In this document: positions 40,994 to 49,974 of the stretch, in pieces | Layout: the number at the start of each line of letters is the position of its first letter | Position numbering within the stretch: position 1 is the stretch's first letter | Assembly (NCBI GenBank): GCA_934464705.1 | Contig: CAKSKB010000004.1 | Span: 9,570 to 73,569 of the forward strand | Source: an uncultured Clostridia bacterium | GTDB taxonomy: Bacteria > Bacillota > Clostridia > HGM11514 | DNA length: 64,000 nt | Direction: 5' to 3' | Notes under the pieces: generated by a model | What the model saw: only the letters and a program-made list of their open reading frames with translations | What the model was told of the DNA's origin: nothing | The model's database searches: none | Translations under genes and position numbers: made by a program

Positions 40994-42154
40994 ATGGAAA
41001 TTAAAGAATTTTACGGCGGAGAAGCGCTTGATTTTTTCAGACTCTGCACCCAGCTTTTTCACGCTCCGGCGTCCGATGAGGAAATATCCGAAAAGGTAAA
41101 GAATGATTCTGCACATGAAGACTTTGCAAGGCTCGGCGTATTTGAAAACGGATTTCTTTCGGCAATCGAGGTAAGGCCGTATCGTGTCAGATTTGACGGA
41201 CATGATATAAAAATGGGCGGAATCGGTGCGGTTGTTTCATCGCAGGAGGCTCGTGGTAAAGGTACAATCAAAGCGCTTTTTAATGTCGCTTTTAAAAAGA
41301 TGTACGAAAACGGGCAGATATTTTCGCACTTATATCCGTTCAGGGGCGATTATTACAGAAAATTCGATTATGAGCCGTCGGCTTACACAAAAATATGGCA
41401 TATTCCGACGGAATACCTGCGCACATCAAAACACGGATTTATGCGGCTGTACGACGAATCCGAAGGCATGAGAGCGGATCTTGAAGCACTTTACGCCGAG
41501 TTTATAATCGGTAAAAATCTTGCTCTTTCCGAAAAAAGCGATACATTTTATAAATCGCTCAAGCCCTATTCTTCTCCGCATTTTTCGCATCTTCACTACA
41601 GCGAAGAAGGCAAGGCGGACGGCTTCGTTTGTTATCATATGAAGCAAAACGCGGACCGCCGCCAGGACATTGCGGTTGAGAACTTCTGGTACTCGGGCAA
41701 GACCGGAATATGTGGGCTGCTTTCGTATCTTTCATCGCTTAGGGATTATTCCGACAGCTGCATAATTCCGTGCAGCGATGACCTTGCGCCGTTCATAGAA
41801 TTTAACGGCGGCTGGGGAAAGAGAGATTCGTATTCCGAAACACGCTTCAACGGCTCTTCGAGGATAATCGACGCTGAAAAAATGCTTTCTCTTGCAGATT
41901 TTGAAGGAAAGGTATCAATTAAAATTAACGATTCACTCTGCCCTTGGAATAACGATGTTTTCACGGTTTCTGACGGCACGGTTTCAAGAGGCGGAGAGCC
42001 GGACGCAGAAGCGGATATCGGTATTTTTTCCGCAATGCTGATGGGAAGATGCGAAAATATCGCGCTTATGCCCAAATTTACGGTTTTTAAAAACGAAGAA
42101 TCGCTAAAACGCCTTTTTAGGTCCAAAAGTATGTGGTTTGACGAGCATTTTTAA
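40994..42154 (+). CDS. GNAT N-acetyltransferase of the Eis-like type (acetyltransferase plus SCP2-like C-terminal domain)
   Basis: 386 aa; GIGAVVSSQEARGKGTIKALF acetyl-CoA motif A; architecture matches Eis/Acetyltransf_9 plus Eis_C. Confidence 0.65.
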   Translation: MEIKEFYGGEALDFFRLCTQLFHAPASDEEISEKVKNDSAHEDFARLGVFENGFLSAIEVRPYRVRFDGHDIKMGGIGAVVSSQEARGKGTIKALFNVAFKKMYENGQIFSHLYPFRGDYYRKFDYEPSAYTKIWHIPTEYLRTSKHGFMRLYDESEGMRADLEALYAEFIIGKNLALSEKSDTFYKSLKPYSSPHFSHLHYSEEGKADGFVCYHMKQNADRRQDIAVENFWYSGKTGICGLLSYLSSLRDYSDSCIIPCSDDLAPFIEFNGGWGKRDSYSETRFNGSSRIIDAEKMLSLADFEGKVSIKINDSLCPWNNDVFTVSDGTVSRGGEPDAEADIGIFSAMLMGRCENIALMPKFTVFKNEESLKRLFRSKSMWFDEHF

Positions 42155-42165
42155 TTAAATTTATA

Positions 42166-42207
42166 TCAAAAATCCCGCAGAAAATTGATTTCCGCGGGAT
42201 TTTTTCG
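42166..42207. terminator. Bidirectional terminator between the GNAT gene (+) and the rhamnosidase gene (-)
   Basis: AAAAATCCCGC...GCGGGATTTTTT. Confidence 0.7.
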
Positions 42208-42209
42208 TT

Positions 42210-44378
42210 CTAAAAGCAATATGTACCTTTCTTTACCTCATATGTTTTGCCCTCGATATGGATACGCGCGTCAACCGGCGTGGTTATCTCATAATAAACC
42301 GTATCGCCCCTGTACTGCCAAGCCGATTTTACCGTTCCGAAGCCCGTATTCATACAAACGGAAATGCCGCCTATCCGCTTGTCCGCAACCGGTGCGATAT
42401 CAATCTTTTTGTAGCCCGGCTCAAGCGGAGTTATGCCGCCGCAAACGGAATATATCCAATCGACAACGCTCCCGAATGCATAATGATTAAACGAGTTCAT
42501 ATTCTCGCTCCACATACTTCCGTCGGCTCTCATGCCGTCCCAATGCTCCCAGATAGTTGTAGCGCCGTTTTTAATCTCGTACAGCCACGACGGATATTCC
42601 TCCCTCAAAAGCAAATCGTACGCAAGATTCGCATAACCGTTTTGACTAAGCGCATGAAGAACATAGGGCGTTCCCACAAAACCCGTATTTATGCTCTTTC
42701 CGCATTTGATTATGCTGTCGGCAAGCTGTTTTGCCACCTTCTTTTTATCGTCTGTGAGATTAAAATGCAAAGCCAGCACGCACTCGGATTGCGTTGAATA
42801 TGTGCTGAATCTTTCCTTGAATTTTTTAACCGCATTTTTGTAAAGCTCTTCATATGACGAAACATCAATGCCGAGTTCCTTGCCAGACTTCACAAGAATA
42901 TCCACGGAATTTATAAAAAATGCGCTTGCTATAAAATCATCGTCCGAGCTTCCTCTGTATGACCCCTCGGGCGCGTCGAGCGCAAGCCAGTCGCCGTAGT
43001 GTTTTCCCCAGAGAACCTTTTCCGAATCGGGGCAGGTCCACAGATATTGATCGAGAGTGTCGCGGCAGATATATTCAACCCATTTTTTCATAGCTTCAAA
43101 GCAGTCGCCGAGAACCGTTTTATCGCCGTATGCCATGTAAGTTTCCCACGGAACAATTGTAATCGCATCTCCCCATGCAGCGCTTGACCTTTTTATTTTG
43201 AGCGTATCCGGCACTTTTTCCGGAATCCTTCCGCCGTCAAACTGCTGCGCGCATACATCGTTGAGCCACTTTTTGAAAAATGTGTTTACATTATAATTGC
43301 AGCAAGCCGTTTTGGCAAAAATCTGCGCATCGCCCGTCCAGCCCTGCCTTTCATCTCTTTGCGGACAATCTGTCGGAACATCGATAAAATTCGATTTCTG
43401 CGACCACAGGGCGTTCGAGTATAACCTGTTAATCATCTCGTTTCGGCTTTCTATAAAACCGATTTGCTTTATATCCGAATAAACCGCAATTCCGGTAAAG
43501 TTATCCGCCTCCGCCTCGCACGGGAAGCTGTTAACCCTGATGTACCTGAAGCCGCAGTATGTAAAATGCGGCTTGTATATATTTTCGCCGTCATGGCAGA
43601 TATACCTGTATTCGCACTTGGCTGTTCTGTAATTTTTGTTGTAAAAGTTCCCGTCCTTATCCAAAACTTCCGCAAACGACAGGTCTATAATATCGCCGCG
43701 CTTTGCCGATACAGCACATTTCACATACCCGGCAAAATTTTGCCCGAAATCAAAAATAACATCTCCGTTCGGCGCAATAATTTTCTTTTTGGGACGAATT
43801 ATTTCACGTTCGCATATCTTCTCGCCCTCCGTCGGAATAAGAACATCCTTTGATATATCCGGCAATACTTTAACGCTTCCGTATTTTTCTGCGTCTTTTG
43901 ACGCGTCAAATACTTCTCCGTCATAAAAATCCGCAGAAAGAATACGGCTTTTTCTTGCCTTCCAGTCGCTGCCGCTTGTTATAAGCTTTTTTTCGCCGTT
44001 ATCATAGCATATTTCCAGAGCCGCAACAACCGCACACGGCATTTCGGAAAGATCCTTGCTCCCGGCGCCTATTCTGCCTCTGAACCACCCCGTTCCGACA
44101 AAAATATTCAGACTGTTTGCGCCTTCATTAATCATATCGGTCACATCGTAGCGCTGATATTGCAGGCGCTTTTCGTATGCCGTCCATCCGGGCGCAAAGA
44201 TAAAATCCCCTACCCTTTTATCATTTATATATGCCTCATACACACCAATCGCCGTTACATATAAATCAGCACGCTTCACCGCACCTTCGGAATTAAATTC
44301 ACCCGCAAATTCGGGGCAAACATCGCCGTAATCCTCATTCACGCCTATCCATTCCGCTTTCCGCAATATATTATCCAT
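42210..44378 (-). CDS. Alpha-L-rhamnosidase, glycoside hydrolase family 78 (intracellular)
   Basis: 722 aa; N-terminal KAEWIG...YVTAIGVYEAYINDKRVGDFIFAPGWTAYEKRLQYQRYDVT (rhamnosidase N-domain) and a C-terminal six-hairpin catalytic domain. No signal peptide. Confidence 0.75.
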   Translation of the reverse strand: MDNILRKAEWIGVNEDYGDVCPEFAGEFNSEGAVKRADLYVTAIGVYEAYINDKRVGDFIFAPGWTAYEKRLQYQRYDVTDMINEGANSLNIFVGTGWFRGRIGAGSKDLSEMPCAVVAALEICYDNGEKKLITSGSDWKARKSRILSADFYDGEVFDASKDAEKYGSVKVLPDISKDVLIPTEGEKICEREIIRPKKKIIAPNGDVIFDFGQNFAGYVKCAVSAKRGDIIDLSFAEVLDKDGNFYNKNYRTAKCEYRYICHDGENIYKPHFTYCGFRYIRVNSFPCEAEADNFTGIAVYSDIKQIGFIESRNEMINRLYSNALWSQKSNFIDVPTDCPQRDERQGWTGDAQIFAKTACCNYNVNTFFKKWLNDVCAQQFDGGRIPEKVPDTLKIKRSSAAWGDAITIVPWETYMAYGDKTVLGDCFEAMKKWVEYICRDTLDQYLWTCPDSEKVLWGKHYGDWLALDAPEGSYRGSSDDDFIASAFFINSVDILVKSGKELGIDVSSYEELYKNAVKKFKERFSTYSTQSECVLALHFNLTDDKKKVAKQLADSIIKCGKSINTGFVGTPYVLHALSQNGYANLAYDLLLREEYPSWLYEIKNGATTIWEHWDGMRADGSMWSENMNSFNHYAFGSVVDWIYSVCGGITPLEPGYKKIDIAPVADKRIGGISVCMNTGFGTVKSAWQYRGDTVYYEITTPVDARIHIEGKTYEVKKGTYCF

Positions 44379-44532
44379 CTTCTCCTCCGGTTTTAAATAA
44401 AATTAAGCTGTTTGCGCCCTTAATTATAATAACATTAAATAAATTTCTTGTCAATATGTATCCGGCAAGCATTTGACATTTTACGGGCTTTGTGATACAA
44501 TAATCATATAAATAATCGAAAGGATGATCGAA

Positions 44533-45699
44533 ATGTTGGGTAATTTTGAATACTGCAATCCTACAAGACTGTATTTCGGCGAAAACGCAATGGACAATCT
44601 TGCGGCAGAACTTGAAAAATACGGCAAAAAAGTTGCTTTGGTATACGGAAAAGGCTCAATAAAAACTAACGGAATTTACGATTCGGTTATGGCAGCGCTG
44701 AAAAAATGCGGCAAGGAAGTAACAGAAATCCCGGGCGTTATGTCAAACCCAACCCTCGCCAAGCTTAAGGAAGGCGCAAAAACCGCAAAAGACGCCGGCG
44801 TTGAGTTCATTCTGGCGGTCGGCGGCGGCTCGGTTATCGATTATTCAAAGGCGCTTTCGGTTTCGGTTCACTGCGAAGGCGATGTGTGGGACAAGTATTA
44901 TATTAAACAGCAGCCGCTCGATAACAAGACCGTTCCGGTAGGTGCGGTTCTCACAATGGTCGGGACCGGCAGCGAAATGAACGGCGGCTCTGTCATCACA
45001 AACACGGAAACGAAAATGAAAATCGGGCGCGTGTTCGATGATAATGTGTTCCCGAAATTTGCGGTTCTGAACCCCAAGGTTACCTATACGCTTCCGAAGT
45101 ATCAGATGGTAGCCGGGATATACGATATTATGTCGCATATTCTTGAGCAGTATTTCTCGGGGGCCGACGATAACACATCCGATTATGTTATGGAAGGGCT
45201 TTTGAAATCGCTTATTCACAGTTCGCTCAGGGCTGTTGAAAATCCCGAAGATTACGAGGCGCGAAGCAATATAATGTGGACTGCGACATGGGCGCTCAAC
45301 ACCTTTGTGGCAATGGGCAAGTCGACCGACTGGATGGTTCATATGATAGGTCAGCAGGTCGGAGCATACACGAACGCAACCCACGGGATGACTCTCGCTG
45401 CGGTTTCACTTCCTTATTACAGGTATATCATGAAGTACGGCCTTCCGAAATTCAAGAGATACGCCGTAAATGTGTGGAATGTAAACCCCGAAGGCAAAAC
45501 CGATGAGGAAACGGCTCTTGAAGGGCTTTCCGCAATGGAAGAATATATGAATAAACTCGGGCTTGTAATGCATATCATGGAACTCGGCGCAAAGAAGGAA
45601 GACCTTCACGAAATAGCCGAAAAAACAATCGTTATGACCGGCGGCTATAAAGTCCTGAACCCCGGCGAAATCGAAGAAATACTCAAAGAAAGTATGTAA
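44533..45699 (+). CDS. Iron-containing (group III) alcohol dehydrogenase
   Basis: GGGSVIDYSK and the metal-binding His cluster. ATG at 44533 has an AAAGGA RBS; the caller's 44524 ATG abuts it. Confidence 0.85.
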   Translation: MLGNFEYCNPTRLYFGENAMDNLAAELEKYGKKVALVYGKGSIKTNGIYDSVMAALKKCGKEVTEIPGVMSNPTLAKLKEGAKTAKDAGVEFILAVGGGSVIDYSKALSVSVHCEGDVWDKYYIKQQPLDNKTVPVGAVLTMVGTGSEMNGGSVITNTETKMKIGRVFDDNVFPKFAVLNPKVTYTLPKYQMVAGIYDIMSHILEQYFSGADDNTSDYVMEGLLKSLIHSSLRAVENPEDYEARSNIMWTATWALNTFVAMGKSTDWMVHMIGQQVGAYTNATHGMTLAAVSLPYYRYIMKYGLPKFKRYAVNVWNVNPEGKTDEETALEGLSAMEEYMNKLGLVMHIMELGAKKEDLHEIAEKTIVMTGGYKVLNPGEIEEILKESM

Positions 45700-45706
45700 A
45701 AATCAA

Positions 45707-45752
45707 ATAAAACTGAGATTTGCGGTTCTGTGAATCTCAGTTTTATTTTTAT
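45707..45752 (+). terminator. Rho-independent terminator after the Fe-ADH gene
   Basis: AAAACTGAGATT-loop-AATCTCAGTTTT then ATTTTTAT. Confidence 0.8.
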
Positions 45753-45868
45753 GTTCATTTACCCGACCAAAAAAATCCAATATTCCGGAAGGAAAATACA
45801 GACTTTTATAGAATTAAATACTACGGACTGTTTTACGGTTCCGAAAAAATTTTTACGGGGGATAAAAT

Positions 45869-48277
45869 ATGTATAAAAAAATAATCTGTTTAATTCTGGC
45901 AGCGGTTCTTACTGCCGCCATGCTTTCTTCTGCCTTTGCGGAAGAGCCGAAAATAAACCCGATTGAGATTTCGGACTTTGAAGGATACAGCGGAAACTTG
46001 AACAATTCGGATATTTCATGGACGCTTGACGATAACGGCACGCTTACACTGACAGGAAGCGGTGATATGCCCGTAATATACGACTACAATACTTGGCTTA
46101 AATACAAAGGCGATATTAAAAATGTTGTTATCAGCCAGGGCATAACATCTGTAGCAAACGCTGCATTTTCAGGCTGCGCCAATCTGGAAAGCATTTCCCT
46201 GCCGGACAGCATTACAATCATCGGAAGAAACGCTTTTGCAAATACGGCGCTTTACAGCAACAGCGACAATTGGTACAACGATGTGTTTTATATAGATAAT
46301 TTTCTTATAAAAGCAAAGGAAACTGTTACATCTCACACCGTCAAAGACGGAACGAAGGTTATAGCGAACTCTGCATTTTCAGACTGTAAAGACCTTACCG
46401 ATATCACGATTGCACAGAGCGTAACGGTTATAGGCAACAGCGCATTCAGCGGGTGCAGCAAGCTTGCCGCAATAACCGTGACGGACGGCATTTCGGAAAT
46501 CGGGGATGAAGCATTTGCCGGCACCGCATTTTATAATAATCCCAAAAATTGGAACGAAGATGCACTGTATATAGGCAGCTGTTTGCTTCGGGTCAAAACA
46601 GAAACATCGGCATTTACCGTAAAGGACGGCACAAAAACTTTGGCGGATTACGCACTCGGTTCATGCAAAAATTTAGAAACCGTAATTATTCCGGACGGCG
46701 TTGAGAATATCGGCGGCAGAGCATTTTCGTACTGCCAAAAACTCACATCCGCAGTTTTACCTGACAGCGTCAAAAGAATCGGCAGCGGCGCCTTTGGAAA
46801 CTGCACAAACCTTGAAAATATCAACATACCGGAAGGCATAGAAAGAATCGAAAGCGGCACATTCTCAGACTGCAGCAAACTGACAGCAGTACCGATGAGC
46901 AATAATGTCAGATTTATCGGCAGCAATGCTTTCAAAGGCTGCAAGAACATTCTTAGCATATCAATTCCGGACGGCGTTTCGGACATAGGCGGCGGAGCGT
47001 TTGAAGAATGCGAAAATCTTTCGGAAATAACCGTTCCGCACGGTGTTAAAAACATAAAAGCCAACACATTCAGCGGCTGCAAAAATCTGATTAGCGTGCA
47101 ATTTCAGGGTGTTATCGACAGCATAGGCTGGGACGCCTTCAAAGGCTGCACCGGCATTATGAACATAACTTTACCGAACGGTTTGAAGAAAATTGGCCGC
47201 AGTGCGTTTGAAGGCTGCGGAGGCCTTAAGGAAATAATTATTCCGAGCAGCGTTGCGGATATTGAATACAATGCATTTGCAAGCTGCACCAATCTTGCAA
47301 ATGTGGTTCTCCCGAACAAAATCACCGCAATAAACGGCGGCACATTCAGCGGTTGTATAAGCCTTTCGGGCATTGATATCCCGAACGGAGTCACGGGTAT
47401 ATCAGCAAGCTCATTCGCTAATTGCACCGCTTTGAAAACAGTAAACATACCGAACACCGTCACATATATAGGAAGCGGCGCATTTAAAGGCTGCAAAAGC
47501 CTTGCGGATATAAACATTCCCGAAAGCGTTGCCAGTATAGGAGAAGGCGCATTTGAAGGCACGGCAGTTTACAATAATGCCGAAAACCTCGACGGCAATA
47601 TGATTTATATCAGCAACTGCCTTGTGTATGTCAAACCGACGCTGACATCATGCACTATAAAAAACGGAACAAGAATTATTGCGGATTATGCATTTTATAA
47701 TTCCGGTATCACAAACATAACCATTCCGAAAAGCGTTACCGCCATCGGCAGGGAGGCGTTTAGCGGATGTGACAGGCTTACCGATGTGTCTATTCCCGGC
47801 AGTGTTGAATCTATCGGCATTTATGCTTTCAGGGGATGCGACAAATTAAGGAAACTGACAATATACAAAGGTATCGCCAATATTATGGCAAGTGCATTTT
47901 CCGGCTGCGACAAACTCAGTGAAGTGTTTTTCACCGGCAGCCAAAGCGATTGGGATAAAATCTTTATCGATTCCGGAAACGAAACAATCACTTCAAAGGT
48001 GCAGTTTTTGTCCATGCCGGCAATTGACGCCAAACCGCAGAAAACATCCGGCGGCGTATCGCTTGACTATACTTTGGAAAACATATCTCAGCCCGCCAAT
48101 ATATTGATTGCAGGCTACAAAAACGGCGTGATTGTTGATAAAATAATAACCCGGGAAAAAAGCGGAACAGAAGAACTGAAAGGCGACTTTGATAAAATCA
48201 AGATAATGGCATGGGAGGATTTTAAAACACTTAATCCGTTATCGGATTCCGCAGATTTAACAAACGAAGACTGGTAA
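45869..48277 (+). CDS. Secreted BspA-type LRR (LRR_5) surface protein with a conserved C-terminal domain
   Basis: Signal peptide MYKKIICLILAAVLTAAMLSSAFA. ~25 LRR_5 repeats (IG..AF.GC..L..I.IP..V..I). The C-terminal ~110 aa resemble the C-terminus of the 17746-20454 protein. Confidence 0.8.
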   Translation: MYKKIICLILAAVLTAAMLSSAFAEEPKINPIEISDFEGYSGNLNNSDISWTLDDNGTLTLTGSGDMPVIYDYNTWLKYKGDIKNVVISQGITSVANAAFSGCANLESISLPDSITIIGRNAFANTALYSNSDNWYNDVFYIDNFLIKAKETVTSHTVKDGTKVIANSAFSDCKDLTDITIAQSVTVIGNSAFSGCSKLAAITVTDGISEIGDEAFAGTAFYNNPKNWNEDALYIGSCLLRVKTETSAFTVKDGTKTLADYALGSCKNLETVIIPDGVENIGGRAFSYCQKLTSAVLPDSVKRIGSGAFGNCTNLENINIPEGIERIESGTFSDCSKLTAVPMSNNVRFIGSNAFKGCKNILSISIPDGVSDIGGGAFEECENLSEITVPHGVKNIKANTFSGCKNLISVQFQGVIDSIGWDAFKGCTGIMNITLPNGLKKIGRSAFEGCGGLKEIIIPSSVADIEYNAFASCTNLANVVLPNKITAINGGTFSGCISLSGIDIPNGVTGISASSFANCTALKTVNIPNTVTYIGSGAFKGCKSLADINIPESVASIGEGAFEGTAVYNNAENLDGNMIYISNCLVYVKPTLTSCTIKNGTRIIADYAFYNSGITNITIPKSVTAIGREAFSGCDRLTDVSIPGSVESIGIYAFRGCDKLRKLTIYKGIANIMASAFSGCDKLSEVFFTGSQSDWDKIFIDSGNETITSKVQFLSMPAIDAKPQKTSGGVSLDYTLENISQPANILIAGYKNGVIVDKIITREKSGTEELKGDFDKIKIMAWEDFKTLNPLSDSADLTNEDW

Positions 48278-48285
48278 AAAGGCGG

Positions 48286-48318
48286 CAGAGCATATTTGGT
48301 TCCTCCAAATATGCTCTG
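48286..48318. repeat. 33-bp perfect palindrome, copy 1 (CAGAGCATATTTGG-TTCCT-CCAAATATGCTCTG)
   Basis: 14-bp perfect stem with 5-nt loop, preceded by an A-run. Identical stem to the 48598-48630 copy. Confidence 0.9.
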
Positions 48319-48442
48319 TTCAGCGTGTCGATAAACCTATCGGCACGCTGGCGGGCTTCGAAAAAGGAAGGTAAATTTGCCGAACATGGATTCGTCGGCG
48401 TATGTGTATACGGTAGAGTCCATGTTCGGTGAAAGCAGGCAA

Positions 48443-48475
48443 AAAGCCTTGAAATCTCGATGATTTCAAGGCTTT
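48443..48475. terminator. Internal bidirectional terminator-like hairpin within the palindrome-flanked insert
   Basis: AAAGCCTTGAAATC-TCGAT-GATTTCAAGGCTTT flanked by AAAAA and TTTT. Confidence 0.5.
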
Positions 48476-48597
48476 TAATGCAATTATATTATTTTTTTTA
48501 CAAGAGTTATCAGACAAACAATACAATTTGATTTTTTAATGAAAATATATTTATGGTTTATTTGCTTGCGGTTGACCGACTTTTTCGACAGTCTAAG

Positions 48598-48630
48598 CAG
48601 AGCATATTTGGTCCCTCCAAATATGCTCTG
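48598..48630. repeat. 33-bp perfect palindrome, copy 2 (CAGAGCATATTTGG-TCCCT-CCAAATATGCTCTG)
   Basis: Direct repeat of copy 1 (32 of 33 identical), followed by CTTTTGTTATTTT. Sits 11 nt from the flavodoxin stop. Confidence 0.9.
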
Positions 48631-48641
48631 CTTTTGTTATT

Positions 48642-49070
48642 TTACGCTTCTGCCGCCTGCTTGCCCAAAGCACGGCAGCTTTCAAGACCGTCATCATCGG
48701 GAGCCTCGCATACGGTCAGACCGTCGCCGATAAGCTTTGCGCCGCTGCCGAGAACTCTTTCCTCCCAGTTTCTCATCCATTCGCCGTCGCCCCATCCGTA
48801 GGAGCCAAAAAGGGCAATGTTTTTACCCGAAATTTTGCTTTCGAGGTCAGTGAAAAACGGTTCAAACTCGTCCTCCTCCAGAATCTCCGCACCCATTGCC
48901 GGGCAGCCGAGAATCAGCGTATCATAGGAAGCCGCATCGTCTGCCGATATTTCGGAAACCGTAAAATATGCAATATCGGTATTAACTGATTTTGCTCCTT
49001 CCAGAATCGCCTCAGCCATAGCCTCGGTATTGCCCGTACCGCTCCAATAAATAATTGCTGTTTTACTCAT
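48642..49070 (-). CDS. Short-chain flavodoxin
   Basis: MSKTAIIYWSGTGNTEAMAE is the FMN phosphate-binding loop (T/SxTGxT); 142 aa. Confidence 0.88.
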   Translation of the reverse strand: MSKTAIIYWSGTGNTEAMAEAILEGAKSVNTDIAYFTVSEISADDAASYDTLILGCPAMGAEILEEDEFEPFFTDLESKISGKNIALFGSYGWGDGEWMRNWEERVLGSGAKLIGDGLTVCEAPDDDGLESCRALGKQAAEA

Positions 49071-49094
49071 ACCGTAAAACCTCCTTTGAAATAT

Positions 49095-49637
49095 TTATGC
49101 ACAGAAAAGCTCCGCCAGCGTCATTCCGCCGGAAATGCGCCGCATAATTGCGTTTCTGCACGCTTTGTACCTTTTAAAAGTCTGCCGTGCCTGTTCGGGA
49201 TTGTTGTAGACCTTCCAGTCACCGTTGAAAATACAGCCGGCACCCTTGTTTTTGATAAAGCAGTCGATATCGTCAATCGGATACCCCAAAAACACACCGA
49301 TTTCATGCGGAAATGAATCAAACTTCATGCGGAGTTTTAAACGCTCAAGGCACTTTTCAATCCCTCCGCCCGCAGTGTAGCCGAACTTTTCAAGGAAAGC
49401 CGCATTGTCCGGGTTGTTCAGATGTGCATCCAGCCTGTTTTTTCTGTAAACCATAACCAGAACACGCCTCTGACATTCACATATTATCTTAAGATAAATA
49501 TCCTTGCGGTTCAGCCGCATATTAAGCGCCTCGATTTCTCCCGGCAATTCATCCGTTTTCGGACATGATACCAAGTTTGAAGGCTTAATTCCCGCAAGCG
49601 CCGGACCGCAGTGATACGCAAGCAAACTTTCAGACAT
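49095..49637 (-). CDS. DUF3793-family protein (conserved partner of flavodoxin in Clostridia)
   Basis: 180 aa; LAGIKPSNL ... FPHEIGVFLGYP motifs of DUF3793. 24-nt gap to the flavodoxin gene. Confidence 0.65.
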   Translation of the reverse strand: MSESLLAYHCGPALAGIKPSNLVSCPKTDELPGEIEALNMRLNRKDIYLKIICECQRRVLVMVYRKNRLDAHLNNPDNAAFLEKFGYTAGGGIEKCLERLKLRMKFDSFPHEIGVFLGYPIDDIDCFIKNKGAGCIFNGDWKVYNNPEQARQTFKRYKACRNAIMRRISGGMTLAELFCA

Positions 49638-49974
49638 ATTCCCAACCCCTTTATAGTTAGTCTTTTCTAACCGTTATCTTTAAAAATAAGAGCTGACGCT
49701 CTTCAATATTAGTTAGTTTTGGCTAACCTTTGCTTTTAGTTTACCATATTTTCAATGCCATGTCAATAGAAACTGTCAAAAAATTTATTTATCAGCATAA
49801 ACTACTTTTATAGGAGTCAACTTATCCGTTGTTTTGTGCAAGGTGCACAAAGATAAGAATACATATTTGTGCAACATTTTGATAAACTTTAGAAGGAAGG
49901 AACACTTTTTTGTAGAATATTTATCATAAGCGAATGTATTTCGCAACTTATTACAAAACAAGGAGGGGTTTGCT

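Noticed and set aside
46333-48033. Minus-strand ORFs antisense to the 802-aa LRR gene (46648-47082, 47104-47562 and others), and 18943-19325 / 20933-21256 plus-strand ORFs in the other LRR genes
   Set aside because: These are artefacts of the repetitive LRR coding sequence. The sense strand has a signal peptide and consistent repeat periodicity.
48320-48526. 68-aa minus-strand ORF, and a 25-aa plus-strand ORF (MDSSAYVYTVESMFGESRQKALKSR), inside the palindrome-flanked insert
   Set aside because: No convincing RBS, and both are embedded in stacked hairpins. I treat the insert as non-coding, though a tiny peptide cannot be excluded without ribosome profiling.
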